This document shows positions 1 through 12,943 of a DNA stretch of 64,000 bases, piece by piece. The stretch is from the human T2T-CHM13v2.0 reference genome, Homo sapiens. The stretch lies in assembly GCF_009914755.1 (NCBI RefSeq), contig NC_060942.1. One strand, 5' to 3'. The position numbers and the translations under genes were made by a program. Position 1 is the stretch's first letter. Every line of letters starts with the position of its first letter. The notes below the pieces were generated by a model that was not told the origin of the DNA, made no database searches, and saw only the letters and a list, made by a program, of their open reading frames with translations.

Positions 1-455
1 AAAGAACTATGCAATGTGAAGCATTAATTACACTCAGGTTCACAGAAGACAGGAACCCCCGAAAGAAATGCATCTAAATTAATTTAGTTTCTGTAGGTGT
101 GGACAAGGCAAGGGAAATAACTGACTTCTGGTTCATCTTACCACAGAAGAGCTGGAATAGCTCCTCTTGATTCCGCAAATGACCCTTTCCCAGGGGAGCT
201 GCACTCCCTGAGAGTCTGCATGGGCCTCTGTCACATTATATAGGGATTTGCAATGGCAGGAGAGTGGCCCTGTGGTTTTCCCTCAAAAGGAGTTGTATGG
301 AACACACTCAGTGTCTGCCATGCTTTCTATGGGAGAAAGTGTTTCTTCCTTGTGATAACTCCGCTCCACAAGTCTACCCACCACTCCCTCTGAGGGATGC
401 TGCCTGGATTCCCTTTCCCAGTGCTTGCTCGCTCCTGGTTCCAAGTCTTCCACTG

Positions 456-822
456 CTTGTTTGGAGCTGAATGGTGCCTCTGACCCCCCATTCATGTGAT
501 AAAGTTCTAACCCCCTCATACCTCAGGATGTGGCTGTTTTGGAGCTAGGGCCTTTGAAGAGCTAATTAAGTTAAAATGAGGTCCATGGGTGAGCCCTAAT
601 CAGATAGGACTGGCGACCTTACTAGACAGAGACACACACAGAGGAAAGACCATGGGAGGACACAGGGAGGAGACGGCCATCTGCAAGCCAAGGAGCCCTC
701 AGGAGAAACCAGCTCTGCCAACGCCTTGATCTCCAACCTCAGCCTCCAGAATTGAGAAGTACTTTTCTGTTGCTTAAGCTGCGCGGGATGTGGCGCCGTT
801 ACATCAGCCTCAGCAGGCTAGC
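456..822 (+). mobile_element. MaLR solo LTR (MLT1B-like)
   Basis: Typical MLT1 motifs: 'gggcctttgaagagctaattaagttaaaatgaggtc', 'gccatctgcaagccaagga', 'cagcctccagaattgagaag...ttctgttgcttaagc'. Confidence 0.8.
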
Positions 823-860
823 CCACCATGCTGTTTCTCGCCTGGCCTGCATTGTGGTAC

Positions 861-1370
861 TGCATCCAGAGTTGGTTCCTGACGGTGGGTTCCTGGTCTC
901 GCTGACTTCAAGACTGAAGCTGCTTCTCGGTGAGTGTTACAGCTCTTAAAGATGGCACGGACCCATAGCAGTAGTAAATTTTATTGTGAAGACCAAAAGA
1001 ACAAAGCTTCTACAGCCTGGAAGGGTACCCCACTGGGTTGCTGCTGCTGGCTGGTGGGTGGCCAGCTTTTATTCCTTTATTTGTCCCTGCCCATGTTCCA
1101 TTTCTGCCCTGTCAGAGTGCCCGTTTTTCAATCCTTCCTGCGATTGGTTACTTTTAGGATCCTGCTGATTGGTGCGTTTTACAGAGCACTGATTGTTGCA
1201 TTTTACAGAGCACTGATTGGTGCATTTTACAGAGTGTTGATTGGTGCATTTTACAACCCCCTTGCTAGCTACAGAGTGCTGATTGGTGCATTTTACAATC
1301 CTCTTGTAAGACAGAAAAGTTTTCCAAGCCCCACTCGACCCAGGAAGTCCAGCTGGCTTCACACCTCTCA
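861..1370 (-). mobile_element. HERV9 solo LTR (LTR12 family, LTR12F-like), 510 bp
   Basis: TG...CA termini and a 4-bp TSD GTAC (857-860, 1371-1374). Shows the LTR12 end 'ggtgggttcctggtctcgctgacttcaag' and 24-bp tandem 'ctgattggtgcattttacagag' repeats. Confidence 0.9.
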
Positions 1371-1518
1371 GTACCACTGAGGCTGTAGTCTCAGAGAGAG
1401 GAGACAAGGGGGAACGCACTTGTTGGTAAAAGCCACAGTGTGAATCCTGCTGAAATCCTACCTGGAAGCCCAGTGTGGCTCAGGATAAGTTACTGAACTT
1501 CTCAGTAGAGAGGGAGCC

Positions 1519-1953
1519 TGTCATGGCTCAATAGTGCCCCACAAAGAAATATGTCTGTCTCCTAACCCCTGGGACCCGTGACCTTATCTGGAAGTAGGGT
1601 CTTTGCAGGTGTAATTAAGTTCAGGATCTTGGAATGAGATGATTGTAGATTTAGGGTGTCCTTCTGAGAGAAAAGGGAGGGGATAAGACATCAACGCAGA
1701 GAGAGAAGGCCACGTGGAGACAGAGGCAGAGATTAGAGTGAGGCGACAACAAGCCAGGCTTGCTCAAGGACTGCCAAGGATGCCAGAAGCCACCAGAAGC
1801 AGGAGCAGACTCCCTCGGAGCCACCAGAACGAAGCAGCCTGCCACACCTTGGCTCTGGACTTCTGTCCTGCAGGACTAGCAGAGAATACATTGGGGTTGT
1901 TTTAAGCCATCTAGTTTGTGGTAACTTCTTACAGCAGCCCCAGGAAACATGCA
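1519..1953 (+). mobile_element. MaLR solo LTR (MLT1C/D-like)
   Basis: 'gaccttatctggaagtagggtctttgcaggtgtaattaagt', 'tgccagaagccaccagaagc', 'ttttaagccatctagtttgtggtaacttcttacagcagcc'. Confidence 0.8.
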
Positions 1954-2409
1954 GACTTCACTCTTTGTGTGGCTGTCCCAGAGCCTGCTGCCCTGGATGG
2001 GAGGCTGTGATGTGAAGCTCAAGCTCTTGGCTCCAGAGCCAGACCCAGGCCCTGATCCTGCCCCCTGGCCCAGCCCTGAGACCTCTGAACCGTGTCCTGT
2101 CTGTTTCCAGTTTAGTAACACCTGCCTCACAGGTTGCTATGAGGCCTGGATGGCATGTGGTAGGTACTAAATAGACAGCAGTTAGTATTATTGGCTTATT
2201 ACCATGAGACTGCCAGCTCCAAGCTATTTCTACACTATCTGTGGCAACAGGAAGAGGAAACTCTGTTTCATTTTGTTGCCCTGGATCTTTATAAATGACA
2301 GGTAGGCATCTTAGTGGACGATTGTTCTCCATAAGGCATTTTATTTTTCACTTTGCTACACCATTAAGAATATGTCCTTAAAATTGTTTTTACATGCATT
2401 TGAATTTTA

Positions 2410-2692
<283 letters not shown>

Positions 2693-3299
2693 TATTTTAA
2701 TTTTCTGGGGAATCATAATATTCTAGTTTCATATTTTTATGAATTCAAAAGAGAGGAAATGATGATGAACGGATGGGGGAGTTTTGTGTGGAAAATGAAG
2801 AGATTCATTACAATTGGAGATGAGAAGATCAGTTAGGTCATTTTGTCCGATGTGAGAAGATTGCTCCTGGATGTTTGTGAACATTTTGTCTCATTCTATC
2901 CTAAGTGACTCAGCTAATGAGCTTTCCATAACCTGACGTTGGAAGAAGTGTCCAGAAACCTAAAAGGTTTCCCTATTAGGAAAAATTGTTCTTATTCCGA
3001 TTAATTTTCTTGTGGCTCTGTGTCATTAGGTGAGACTCTTCATGCTGCCACAATGGTTACATCCTCCCACAGGAGAATCTAAAGAATTGTAATTTGTGTT
3101 TCACAGATGTTGCCTTGTCATAACTTCCAAATTGCTTTCCCAGATGCCTCAGCTCCTTTTGATTTGCTAATTGCTTCTCACTTCCAGAAGGCTAGATTCA
3201 GAAGTTTAGGTGATATTATCTGTAGTTCACAGCCTGGTGCCCAGTGTCCAAATCTGAATAAGGATGATATCATTACTGGAATAATCTAGTGATGAGGGG

Positions 3300-3660
3300 T
3301 CTAGTGATTAAAGATTCTGCAGTCAAAGTCAACTTGGCATCTCCTGAGCTTCATGACCTTGAGGTGGTTACATGACCTTGAGGAGGTTACATGACCTCGA
3401 GGTGGTTACATGACCTCGAGGAGGTTACATGACCTCGAGGTGGTTACATGACCTCGAGGAGGTTACATGACCTTGAGGAGGTTACATGACCTTGAGGAGG
3501 TTACATGATCTCTGCAAGCCTCACTTTCCTCATCTGTAAAACAGAAATAATCATAAGTTAGGAGTTCCCTCTCAAGCTGTTATTAGGATAAATATATGAA
3601 GCATTTAGTACAGGGCCTGACCTAGTAAATGTACCATGAATGTCAGCTACTATCATTATT
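3300..3660 (+). mobile_element. MIR SINE with internal minisatellite expansion
   Basis: MIR core 'gcctcactttcctcatctgtaaaacagaaataat' and a MIR-like 3' part. Confidence 0.7.
3352..3508. repeat. 19-bp minisatellite, 8 copies plus a partial (catgaccYgaggWggtta-type unit: catgacct[t/c]gagg[t/a]ggtta)
   Basis: Units start at 3352, 3371, 3390, 3409, 3428, 3447, 3466 and 3485. Confidence 0.97.
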
Positions 3661-3691
3661 GAAAATATAATTCAAAATCTTTAGAGGCCAT

Positions 3692-3856
3692 GCCTGTTGT
3701 GGGGTGGGGAGAGGGGGGAGGGATAGCATTAGGAGTATACCTAATGTAAATGACGAGTTAATAGGTGCAGCACACCAACATGGCACATGTGTACATATGT
3801 AACAAACCTGCACTTTGTGCACATGTACCCTATAACTTAAAGTATAATAATAAAAA
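3692..3856 (+). mobile_element. 5'-truncated L1PA 3' end
   Basis: L1 3'UTR G-rich tract, 'ggtgcagcacaccaacatggcacatg', A-tail. TSD aaaatctttagaggccat at 3674-3691 and 3857-3874. Confidence 0.95.
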
Positions 3857-5512
3857 AAAATCTTTAGAGGCCATGGAGAAATTTACAATAGATTTTGTTA
3901 GAGTTGGGGTAGCAGCCAAGAGGAGAAGCTGGCTGACAGCATTGGCCATCCTGCTTGCCTTTCTCTTTTTCCAGTTCTTTTCCTTCTGTTACATAGAGTG
4001 GATTGCTTCTTCTGAAGTAGCCACTAGTCCAGGCCAGCCCAGAGGATCTCAACCCAGACTGGCATCTCCTTACCTGGGATCCTCTTACCAGCATCTAGGA
4101 GCATGCAACTTTGTCCACATCATCTCGATGGTTCCTCCCCTCTAAAGCTTTCAGATCAGTCACATGCTCAGCCTGCCCCCAGAGGCAAATCCGTGCAGTT
4201 TGCAGTTTGCTCCACATGTTCTGAGGACTACAGTCGGCCAGTTGTCCTCTCTGCAGGGAAAGTAGCAGCTGCCCCTCCCTTCCAGTTTAGTGGTCCTTGC
4301 ACCACTGGGCTGGGGGAAGTTGTCTTTCTCTCCTCTCCTCACTGATACCCTCTGCTATTACGCAGATGTCAGTGCTGTGTAAATCCTGGTGCCAAAGCTC
4401 CTTGTTAACCCATGCTCTGATGCATCTCTGCTTGAGGACTCCAGGTTGAGTCCAAACAGGGGTGGGGCAACATCCTGGGGCACTCAGGGAGTTCTTGTCC
4501 CCAGCTCCAGTCCTGTCCTCAAGTGAAGATGTGGTCTTTCCTGCTCTCTGCAAGGTGGAGAAGGGCAAGGACCCACCTTGACCCTAGCAGCTAAGTGTTT
4601 TTAGACTTGGGGGCTGGGACCAGCCCTCGGTCTTTAACGAGAGGCTCCTTGGTCCTTCTTGCACAGGAACCTCAGCAGGCCTCCCTCCCGCAGTCCCAGC
4701 CATGCTTGGACAAGCGCATATCTGCAGAGGGCTCACTACTTCTGTGCCCACCAGCTCTACTGCTTTCTCCTTACTAGGGAAAACCTGCTCTAAGCCTGTC
4801 TCATTCAGGGCACTTGTATCAGGAGAGTTGGCCTCCATTTATTGCAACAGATTTTTAGATTTTCCTGGTTGCAGTGCAAATTAGATAGCCAAGAAATATC
4901 TGAATCCAGGTGTAGGCAACTCACCCCCATCACACCCCATCATTAAGAACACCATAACCCCAGGTTCTTGCTGTGGCAGGCTGCTAGCTGCAAATCGTGG
5001 TTACATTCTTGGTATTGAATTGGATCCTGATTCATTCATTACCGAGTAAACTCAGTCTTACCTCATTATGGCACTGCCTTTGGCTAAATCTGTGATTATG
5101 TTCTTTGTAATATGCCAGCCTGGTTTTGGTTCCATTATGGTCTTCTAGTCTTCCCCTACTATTAATGTGCATTCTTGCAAGAGAAGTCATGGTAATTAAC
5201 ACCTTGGTTACCTAACCTGGCCAGAGTCCAATTCCTAATGGAATACTTAGGGTTGAAAATATATTAGGAATATGCTTTTGTATTAGAAAAAAATGAATGC
5301 TGCTTTCTCACCTTAATCTTCAAAGGCACAGATATTCATCTATGAATGAACAAAGCACTCAGAGCAGTCTCTAAAATCTAAGGTGTTCCCACAGTAGAAG
5401 CTCCTGTATTCATCTGTCATGTGGTGGGGCAGCTCTTGATACAAGCACCCCGAATGTGCTAGGGTCAGAGCAGGATTTCCCTTCAATGGTGAAGGCAGAG
5501 GAGCTGATGGGC

Positions 5513-5711
5513 CAGATCGGGTGTCTGGTTAGGCCTCGCCTTCTGGTTGATAGATGGTGCCATTTCTCTGTGTCCTCACGTGGCAGAAGGAGCAAGGCCA
5601 CTCTCTCAGGCCTCTTCATAAGGGCACTGCAGTAGTCCCTCCTTATCCATGGGGGTTATGTTCCAACACCCCCAGTGGATCCCTGAAACCTCAGATAGTA
5701 CCAAACCCTAT
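5513..5711. repeat. Direct duplicate of the MLT1A/Tigger7 junction at 7445-7644
   Basis: About 90% identical by eye; both copies share the junction 'agggcactg|cagtag'. Confidence 0.85.
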
Positions 5712-5865
5712 GCAAAAACCTTCTGCAAATAGCAACCTGTCCCAGCGGTGCTGGGAGCCACAGGCGGTGCCCAAGTGGATTCTGAAGACAATACAGGGGT
5801 GGGTGGGGGAAGGTGCTTTGGGGTTTCACCTCCCTTTAATCAGGGCAGGTCAGCTCTTACCTAAT

Positions 5866-5900
5866 ACACACGCACACACACACACACCTCTCTCTCTATA

Positions 5901-5935
<35 letters not shown>

Positions 5936-5936
5936 G
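5866..5936. repeat. Compound microsatellite (CA)n(CT)n(GT)n(AT)n
   Basis: Seen directly. Confidence 0.95.
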
Positions 5937-7328
5937 TTAAAGAAAGTTTGAATACCACATTGAATTCTGTGAACTCTGTGGAGTCCTGACTGCCCCACGT
6001 GTGAGCAGTGGCCCCTAGGGATGAATCCTTGTGTACATATCCCTTGTTTGGAGACTTCACAAATGATAGTTCTCATTTGTACCTCAAATGTATATAGGCA
6101 CTGTTGTAATTGATAAATACAAATTAAATGAACGCCCACTGAGTTCATAATGGCTTTTTGTTGTTGTGGTCATCTTACACATCTTCAATCAGTGCACCCT
6201 AAAGGTAGAACTCCCACCATGGAGAGGGCATCAGCATATTTGTTGTTTAAGTGGAATCTTCAGGATTGAAAAGAGTGGGAAGTCCTGCCTTACGTTATTT
6301 AACTCTCACACCATTCAGGTGAGCAGGTCATTGTTCCACTGAGCAGTCTTTTGTTCAGTTACTTCTGCTCCACTATTTTGACCAGACAAATCATCATGAG
6401 CCATGTTACTGGCTGCCCTTGCACAGGATGGGTCTCTCCTGCCAGTCTGCAAGGTGACTCGATTTGGTGAGCAAACATTCCCTGTACCCTGTCCCTGAAG
6501 GTTCTTGACCGAGCTTCTCTTCCATCTGACTGAGGCACTTAAAGAACGGATCTAAAATAAGACATAAGACGGGCCCTGGCAAGCTTCCCCTCCCACCCTT
6601 GGTCACCATTCTGGGCCTCCCGAGGAGAAGTGGAAGGGCGTTTCCACGGTCCACACCCTCATGGAGAATTAGATCCGTTTCCTTCCCCTCCCTTGGCCTT
6701 GGAGTCAGCTGGAATGTGGGCGGGAGGAGTGGACGGTTAATGCACACTCCACCAAGGCCACCTCTCTGCCTGCAGAGCTTCATGCAGACAGGCAGCTGGC
6801 TTTCTCTAGAGTAACTGGAGACATGAACCCACTTCCGAGGGTCGTTCTTGAGTTCACTTACAGAGAATCGATCCTTACAGGTGACCTTCCCGGTAACATA
6901 CACATTCAGACCTTCAGAGCCAGTTTTCATTCTAAGTTTACTTTTATTTCTACAATATGATGAATGGGAACTTCCTGGACATCTTTTCCTGCCTTGTTCT
7001 TTGGTGTCTTGGTGGCACTATGAGGTGAACTGGTGCTTGATCAGAGATGGACTGCTCCATTGAATCCCCAGCTCTGTCTAGAAATGTCCTGGTAAGAAGA
7101 AACACTATAAAACACCACATCAGTTATCTTATATTTTTCTAGAAGAAGGTGGAGGGGCAAGATATGCAGAGTAAGAAAATATATTGTAAGCACCTACTGT
7201 ATGTCCCTAAATATAAGCCAAAGGAGGTGGTGGTGGCTGAGATATTTGACTTCAGTAAATCAGTGGAAACATATTCCCAAATTTCCTTCAGGTCAATCAT
7301 TTTTCTCTTTTTCCATAAAGTAGGACAT

Positions 7329-8790
7329 TGTCTTAGTCTATTCTGGCTGCTATAACAAAATACCATGAAATGGATAGCTTATAAATAACAGAAATTTATT
7401 TCTCACAGTTCTAGAGACTGAGAAGTCCGAGATTAAGGTTCAAACAGATCGAGTGTCTAGTGAGGCCTGGCTTTCTGGTTCATAGATGGTACCTTCTCTC
7501 TGTGTCTTCATGTGGTAGAAGGGGCAAGGCTACTCTCTCAGGCCTCTTTCGTAAGGGCACTGCAGTAGCCCCTCCTTATCCATTGGGGTTACGTTCCAAC
7601 ACCCCCAGTGGATGCCTGAAACCTCAGATAGTACCAAACCTTATACACACTATGTTTTTCCCTATGTACATATACCTATGGTAAAGCTTAATTTATAAGT
7701 TAGGCATAGCCAAAGATTAACAATAACTAATAATAGAATATAACAATTATAACAACATAATTGTTATAATACAACAAAAGTTATGTGAATGTGGTCTCTC
7801 TCTCTCAAAATATCTTACTGTACTGTACTCACCTTTCTCCTTGCGATGATGTGAGGTGATAGAATGACTGTGGGATGAGAGAAAGTGAGGCCTTGAGATG
7901 TAGCATTAGGCTACTATTGACCTTCTGTATCCCTGAATCTGTGTAACCATCCCTTACTTGCAGTAAATGGCTCGATGTCACTCATTTCAGGGATCCCTTG
8001 CTGAAATCTTTGTGTGGCCTGCGTGCTTTCTGGTGCAACACGTTGCCATCAGTTGGAACATGTTTCTGTTTGTGTCTTCCACCCACACATTTAATGCCTT
8101 TCTCATTGTCACTAAGCACTTATCACACACTTTGGTCACTTTTGCAGCTTCTAGTGTGACAGCAAAACCAGCATGAATTTCTTTTTCCTTCTTCACAATT
8201 TCCTGGGCAGAAGGATCATTCTTACCATAGAATTTAGCGACCTAACATATGGATTTTTAATCTTTCCTTAAGTCGAGAACTTTCACCTTTTCATTTGAAG
8301 GAAGCAATTGACAAGCTTGGCTTTGGCTTGTCTGAATTGCCGGCATCATTGCTCTTGGGCTTTGGGGCCATGATCAAGTGAAATAAAGGTGACCTGAACA
8401 CAAGCACTGCAGTACTGTGACAGTCAATCTGAGAACGGAGACTGCTACTAAGTGACCCATGGTCTGGGATTGCCTACAGTGTGGACACAGTAGACAGAGG
8501 GAGGATTCATGTCTGGAGGGATGGTGTGAGATTTCATCATGGCATTCAGAATGGTGCTCGATTGAAAACGTAGGAATTGTTTATTTCTGTAATTTTTCTT
8601 TCAATATTTTTGGACTGTGGTTGACCATGGGTAACTGAAACCCTAGTGGGGACTACTGTAATCCCATTCATGAGGCTTCAAGTTCCTGGCCTAATCACCT
8701 CCCAACAACCCCACCTCTTAATACCATCACGATGGGATCTGGGTTTCAATATATGAATTTTGGTGGAACACAAACATTGTGACCATAGCA
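7329..8790 (-). mobile_element. MaLR LTR (MLT1A-like) split by a Tigger7 insertion (pieces 7329-7562 and 8659-8790)
   Basis: Starts 'tgtcttagtctattctggctgctataacaaaatacc' and resumes 'taatcccattcatgagg...gaccatagca'. Confidence 0.8.
7563..8658 (-). mobile_element. Internally deleted Tigger7/MER44 DNA transposon
   Basis: TIRs 'cagtagcccctcc' and 'ggggactactg'; TA TSD (left copy mutated to TG). Transposase-like remnant in ORF 7987-8196 (KKEKEIHA...KALNVWVED). Confidence 0.85.
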
Positions 8791-11700
8791 GGCAGGAAGT
8801 AGTAAACTCCAATCATAATTCCAGATATTCTTTTATTTCTGATAATTTCTAATGAAACTACTTCTTGCTACAAACACTGATTCCCAGGCAGTTTTCTATC
8901 TTGGTTTTCAAAGAAGTGCAACATGTTCCATGTACATCCCAGGACATTCTAGTTCAACATGTATCATGTGTACATAATCTGTAAATAGCTCCAGAAAGAC
9001 ATTTTCTCTGTCAATAAATAGTAATAATGTCAAAGTGATTTGGAGCTCGTTAGGCAATTCCTTCTAAAGAGTGATGGAACTGAGGCCCAGAATCTGAGTG
9101 ATCATGTTCATACTCAATCTTTAAGAAACTGTAAGGAAAATGACTTGGAACCACAGAAACCAAAGGAAGAAGAATGAGTTTTGAATACAGCAAGAGGAGT
9201 TTAAACGGAGATTCCTCCCCAGTATTGGAAGAGCCGTAGCATAGAACCAACTTCACTGCCTACTGGTGAGAGCATGACTTGCACCCATGATCAGGATGGG
9301 CAAGTGCTTTAGTCAGTTGCTTTTAATAATGGGGGGAAAGCCTATTTCTTTTATTCCAGTCTTATATTTATGTAGAAGACACAAGATTTTCATGGAAAAA
9401 CATTCTTCCTAGAGAACACAAATGAAAAGTGTACCCGTGGCTAAAGAGTTCAAATGAAGATGGCTTATGCAAATCCAATGATAATTTCTTGAATGATGAG
9501 CAGAACAATTAGGCCAAAACTCACAAGTGTTGAGAATTTGTTGTTCACTCTTGAAAAATAAACCAGGTCATTGTGTTTCCAAGAAAACCTGGGAACTAGA
9601 AACAGTGTATAAATAGGCCACAGGTGAAGGATACCATTTGTTTTTTAAGATCTACAGGGGAAAAGAGCATCAAATATTAATCAACAATTTTATTTTAGCT
9701 CAGTCAGGGAAATGAACAAGAAGCTGTTTTGCTGGACTGGGGCTGTGTGCATTGAATGAAGGCTGCTGCTCTCATTCAAGGTGTCCTGGAGTACCTCACC
9801 GGCCTGGATGCAGAGGTGGCAGAGCACACAGGGCTGAGGGCTTCTAAGGAGATGGGAAGCAGGTGCAGAACCACACTTTCATTCTGCCAGGGAGAGTCCT
9901 TCTCATTGCTCTGGGGGTGGGCCTTGTGGTTTTTCTTGACCCTCAGTGCTGATTTCCAGTGAGCTGAATGAACACAGTCCTTAGAGGGCCTGGGGCTCCA
10001 GGGTGTCCCAGGATGACCATTCCAGGGGGCAGAGTTGGAAAGACAGTGGCACCTGTTGCTGGCACATTCAGTCTGCCCCTCTGCGATTCTATTCTCCTCC
10101 ACTTTGGTAGCTGAAATGATCTCTTCTCTTCTAGTTTCCCTGTCAAGATGATTCTTAAAACAGCCCATAGCCATCATGTAAGCTTGATGCAAATATAAAT
10201 TAATGAGTTCCTAGGACCAGGCATTCAGAACTTCCAGCATGGGGAGGGTGTGTGGAAGGGGACAATGCCTTGGAAGTTCCAGAGAGCAAGGTTTATTGCC
10301 ATGTAGATTTCTGAATGAGTCCTGCCTCTCTGAGGAGTCTGGGTTCTCTCCAAGAATCCTTGTCTGACCAAGACCCTGATAGAGCTCATACCTTTCACAG
10401 TACAGAGTCCAGCGTTGACTCAGGCTGGCTGTGGACTCTGAGATGGTCCTGTTGGGTTCAGATCTCCAAGGCAGCTCTGAACCTATAAGGATGTGGACGG
10501 GGTGTCTGCGCTTTGCCAGCTCGGAATAGCAAGGGATGAACCCACTCAGTGAGGGTATCAGCTCCACAGCTGAGAAAGAGAGGCCCTCGAGGGGGTGCGG
10601 AGGTGATGGTTTTGGCTTCTCTGGTTTCTGCTTCCCCATTCCAACACCTTCAACTCAGTCAACCCTTTCCAGGGAAATTTAGAAGAACAAATGGAGCTGC
10701 TACCTACTCACTTCAAAAGAGAAACGTTTCTTTTATCTTCTGCGGTGAGATTAGGACGCCAGTCACATTTACTTGTGTCTGAATACTTTAAACACATTCT
10801 TGGGAAAACATAAACAGGATTTATATGAAATGCTTTAATCCCCCCCATAGAGCAATGAACTCTTATGAAAGGGCACCAGCCATTCTAGAGTTTGGTGCCA
10901 TAATATTTGCTGATGACTGTTTCTCACCCTTGAATTGGTAGTGGCCTCAATTCAAGTCATAAACATCTCCAGAATGCCTTTAAATCCAGGGCCTGCACCA
11001 AGGGGAACTGAGATATGCAGGAATGGTCTGGGGCTTCAAAGAGCTCGGGATCTCACATTTTAATAAGCAAACTGCCATTTTTAATTTTTAATTGCTCTGA
11101 CCTCTTATCCTACTGAGTCTAAAATGATTTTCAGCAACTTCCTTCTAAGATGTCTGCTATCCACATGCTTCATAAAAAGAGAAGTGTGAATGTAGTTTTG
11201 GCAGGTTGGGTCATCTGTCAGCATGAGGGCTGGGATGGGGACTCTTGTTCCTGAAATACGATCTACCCAGAGGTCTTTCTGCATAAGGCATTCTGCCTGT
11301 CAGTCCTTTGGAAAAGAAAATGAGCTCTTAACACATCCATTTGGTAAAACTGAACTTTTCTAGCCTCATAGGATTTAATAGGAGAGTGACTTTCAATGTC
11401 ATCTGCTCTGATTGGCTTGTGGTATCGATGAGGAAACTGGGATCTAGGTAGGTCCCAGGCACATGCAGAATCTCCCAGCAGTCTGGTTAGGTGCAGCCTT
11501 TGGGGAAAGCAAGATATGATTGCATCGTAAACCCAACATCAGACATTGCAATTACAAATTGCACTTTATGCATCATCTCAAGGGCCAGAGGAAGGTCATC
11601 AGTTTACAGAGGTCGTGGTAGGAGGAAAGACACAACACACACACATGCACACACCCACCGCCTCCCAACACTCACACACTCACACATGTAAATGTGTGCA

Positions 11701-12943
11701 CATCCTTTTACTTTTACAAATAAAAGGGAAATTGGAAAAAGGAGTGTCATCTCCAACTTTTATATCCTTAGAAGGGAAGGCAGGTACTATAATACAGTGA
11801 CTTAAAGTATCCGAAATATTTGTTTTCTTAAAAATCACTCAAGTTCTTAAAAATAAAGTGGAGACCAATTTAAAAGTCAGGTGTTACAGAAGAGGAAATG
11901 ACTTAAATATCTATTTCTCTTTCCTATGAGTTAATGTCTCCGTTGTCCATGTTCTATTATGTCTTTGAAAATAATAACTCTGGCTGTTTATTTTTGTTTT
12001 ATTTATTTATCAACTTATTTTTTGGCTGCGCCTGTCTGGCCTTCCACGGGGGGCATTCAGGATGGACCTGTCTGGAAGAGCTGCAGGGAGAGCACTGTCT
12101 GCTTTCTGCATTTGAATGAACATCAGCCAGAAACCCACAGCCCCGGAGTCATCTATTTGTTTTTAGAGTGTGGTCATTATTTTTCTGATAATGTGGTCCA
12201 CGTCAGCCCAGAGGCTTTGGCTCCCCGCATCCATAAAGAGGGATCCAGAGTGCCCCAGTAGCGTTTTTTCTGTTCAGCATGGGGCCTCTGAGGTGCCCCT
12301 GGTTTCCAGTGATGAAAAGAAAGCCAGGGGGCCCTACCTCACAGAGACACAGTTCTTTGGGCTTTGTCCTCGGGGCTAAAATATAAATCACAACATGTCA
12401 TGTAATGTAACTGGACAAGCCTCGGAAAGGTTACCCGTGGGGTGCTGGTGTGGCCGAGCCCCTACTGAGAGGGAAGGGCTTATCTGCCTTAGTGCTGGCC
12501 TCTCTGTCACTTCAAATGGGAGTTAAAAGCAACACTCTAAGTGGATTAGACCTCCAGATTAACTTGAGTATCCTGTGTTGAAAGGCCTGGATTTTACTCT
12601 CTCCTGAGACCTTGAGGATTTACTAAGGACCTGTATTTCCAAAACTTCTACAGCAGCTGCCAGGCAGGCAATCCTATTGTTGAGAGATGGGGGCAGGGGG
12701 GAGTGAGAAGCCCCTCCTCTCCCTCTGATTTGGCCCCCTCACTTTGCTCTTTTGCAGAACCATCGCTGCTCCTGACCCCTTCTTCCATCCAGATAATCAG
12801 GCAGGCAGAGCGCTAGCAACACATGGCACAGGAGTTAGAGCCTGGCTTTTTCCTTGGAAGGGTGGTGCACTTCCTAGAGTGGGTAGGTCAAATAGTGAAG
12901 AAAGACCTACCTGGCACTGGATGCTGGGGTGTCAGAGGGCTTA

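Noticed and set aside
934-1419. ORFs with repeated LIGAFYR / VKCTNQ motifs
   Set aside because: Translation of the LTR12 24-bp CCAAT repeats, not a repeat protein.
3352-3508. CRISPR-like regular repeat
   Set aside because: Head-to-tail units with no spacers, in a eukaryotic MIR context with no cas genes.
6406-6930. 174-aa minus-strand ORF
   Set aside because: No recognisable domain or codon-like pattern; the length is expected by chance in 64 kb.
7967-8196. Domesticated pogo/TIGD-type gene
   Set aside because: A short decayed transposase remnant inside an internally deleted Tigger7 that still has its TIRs.
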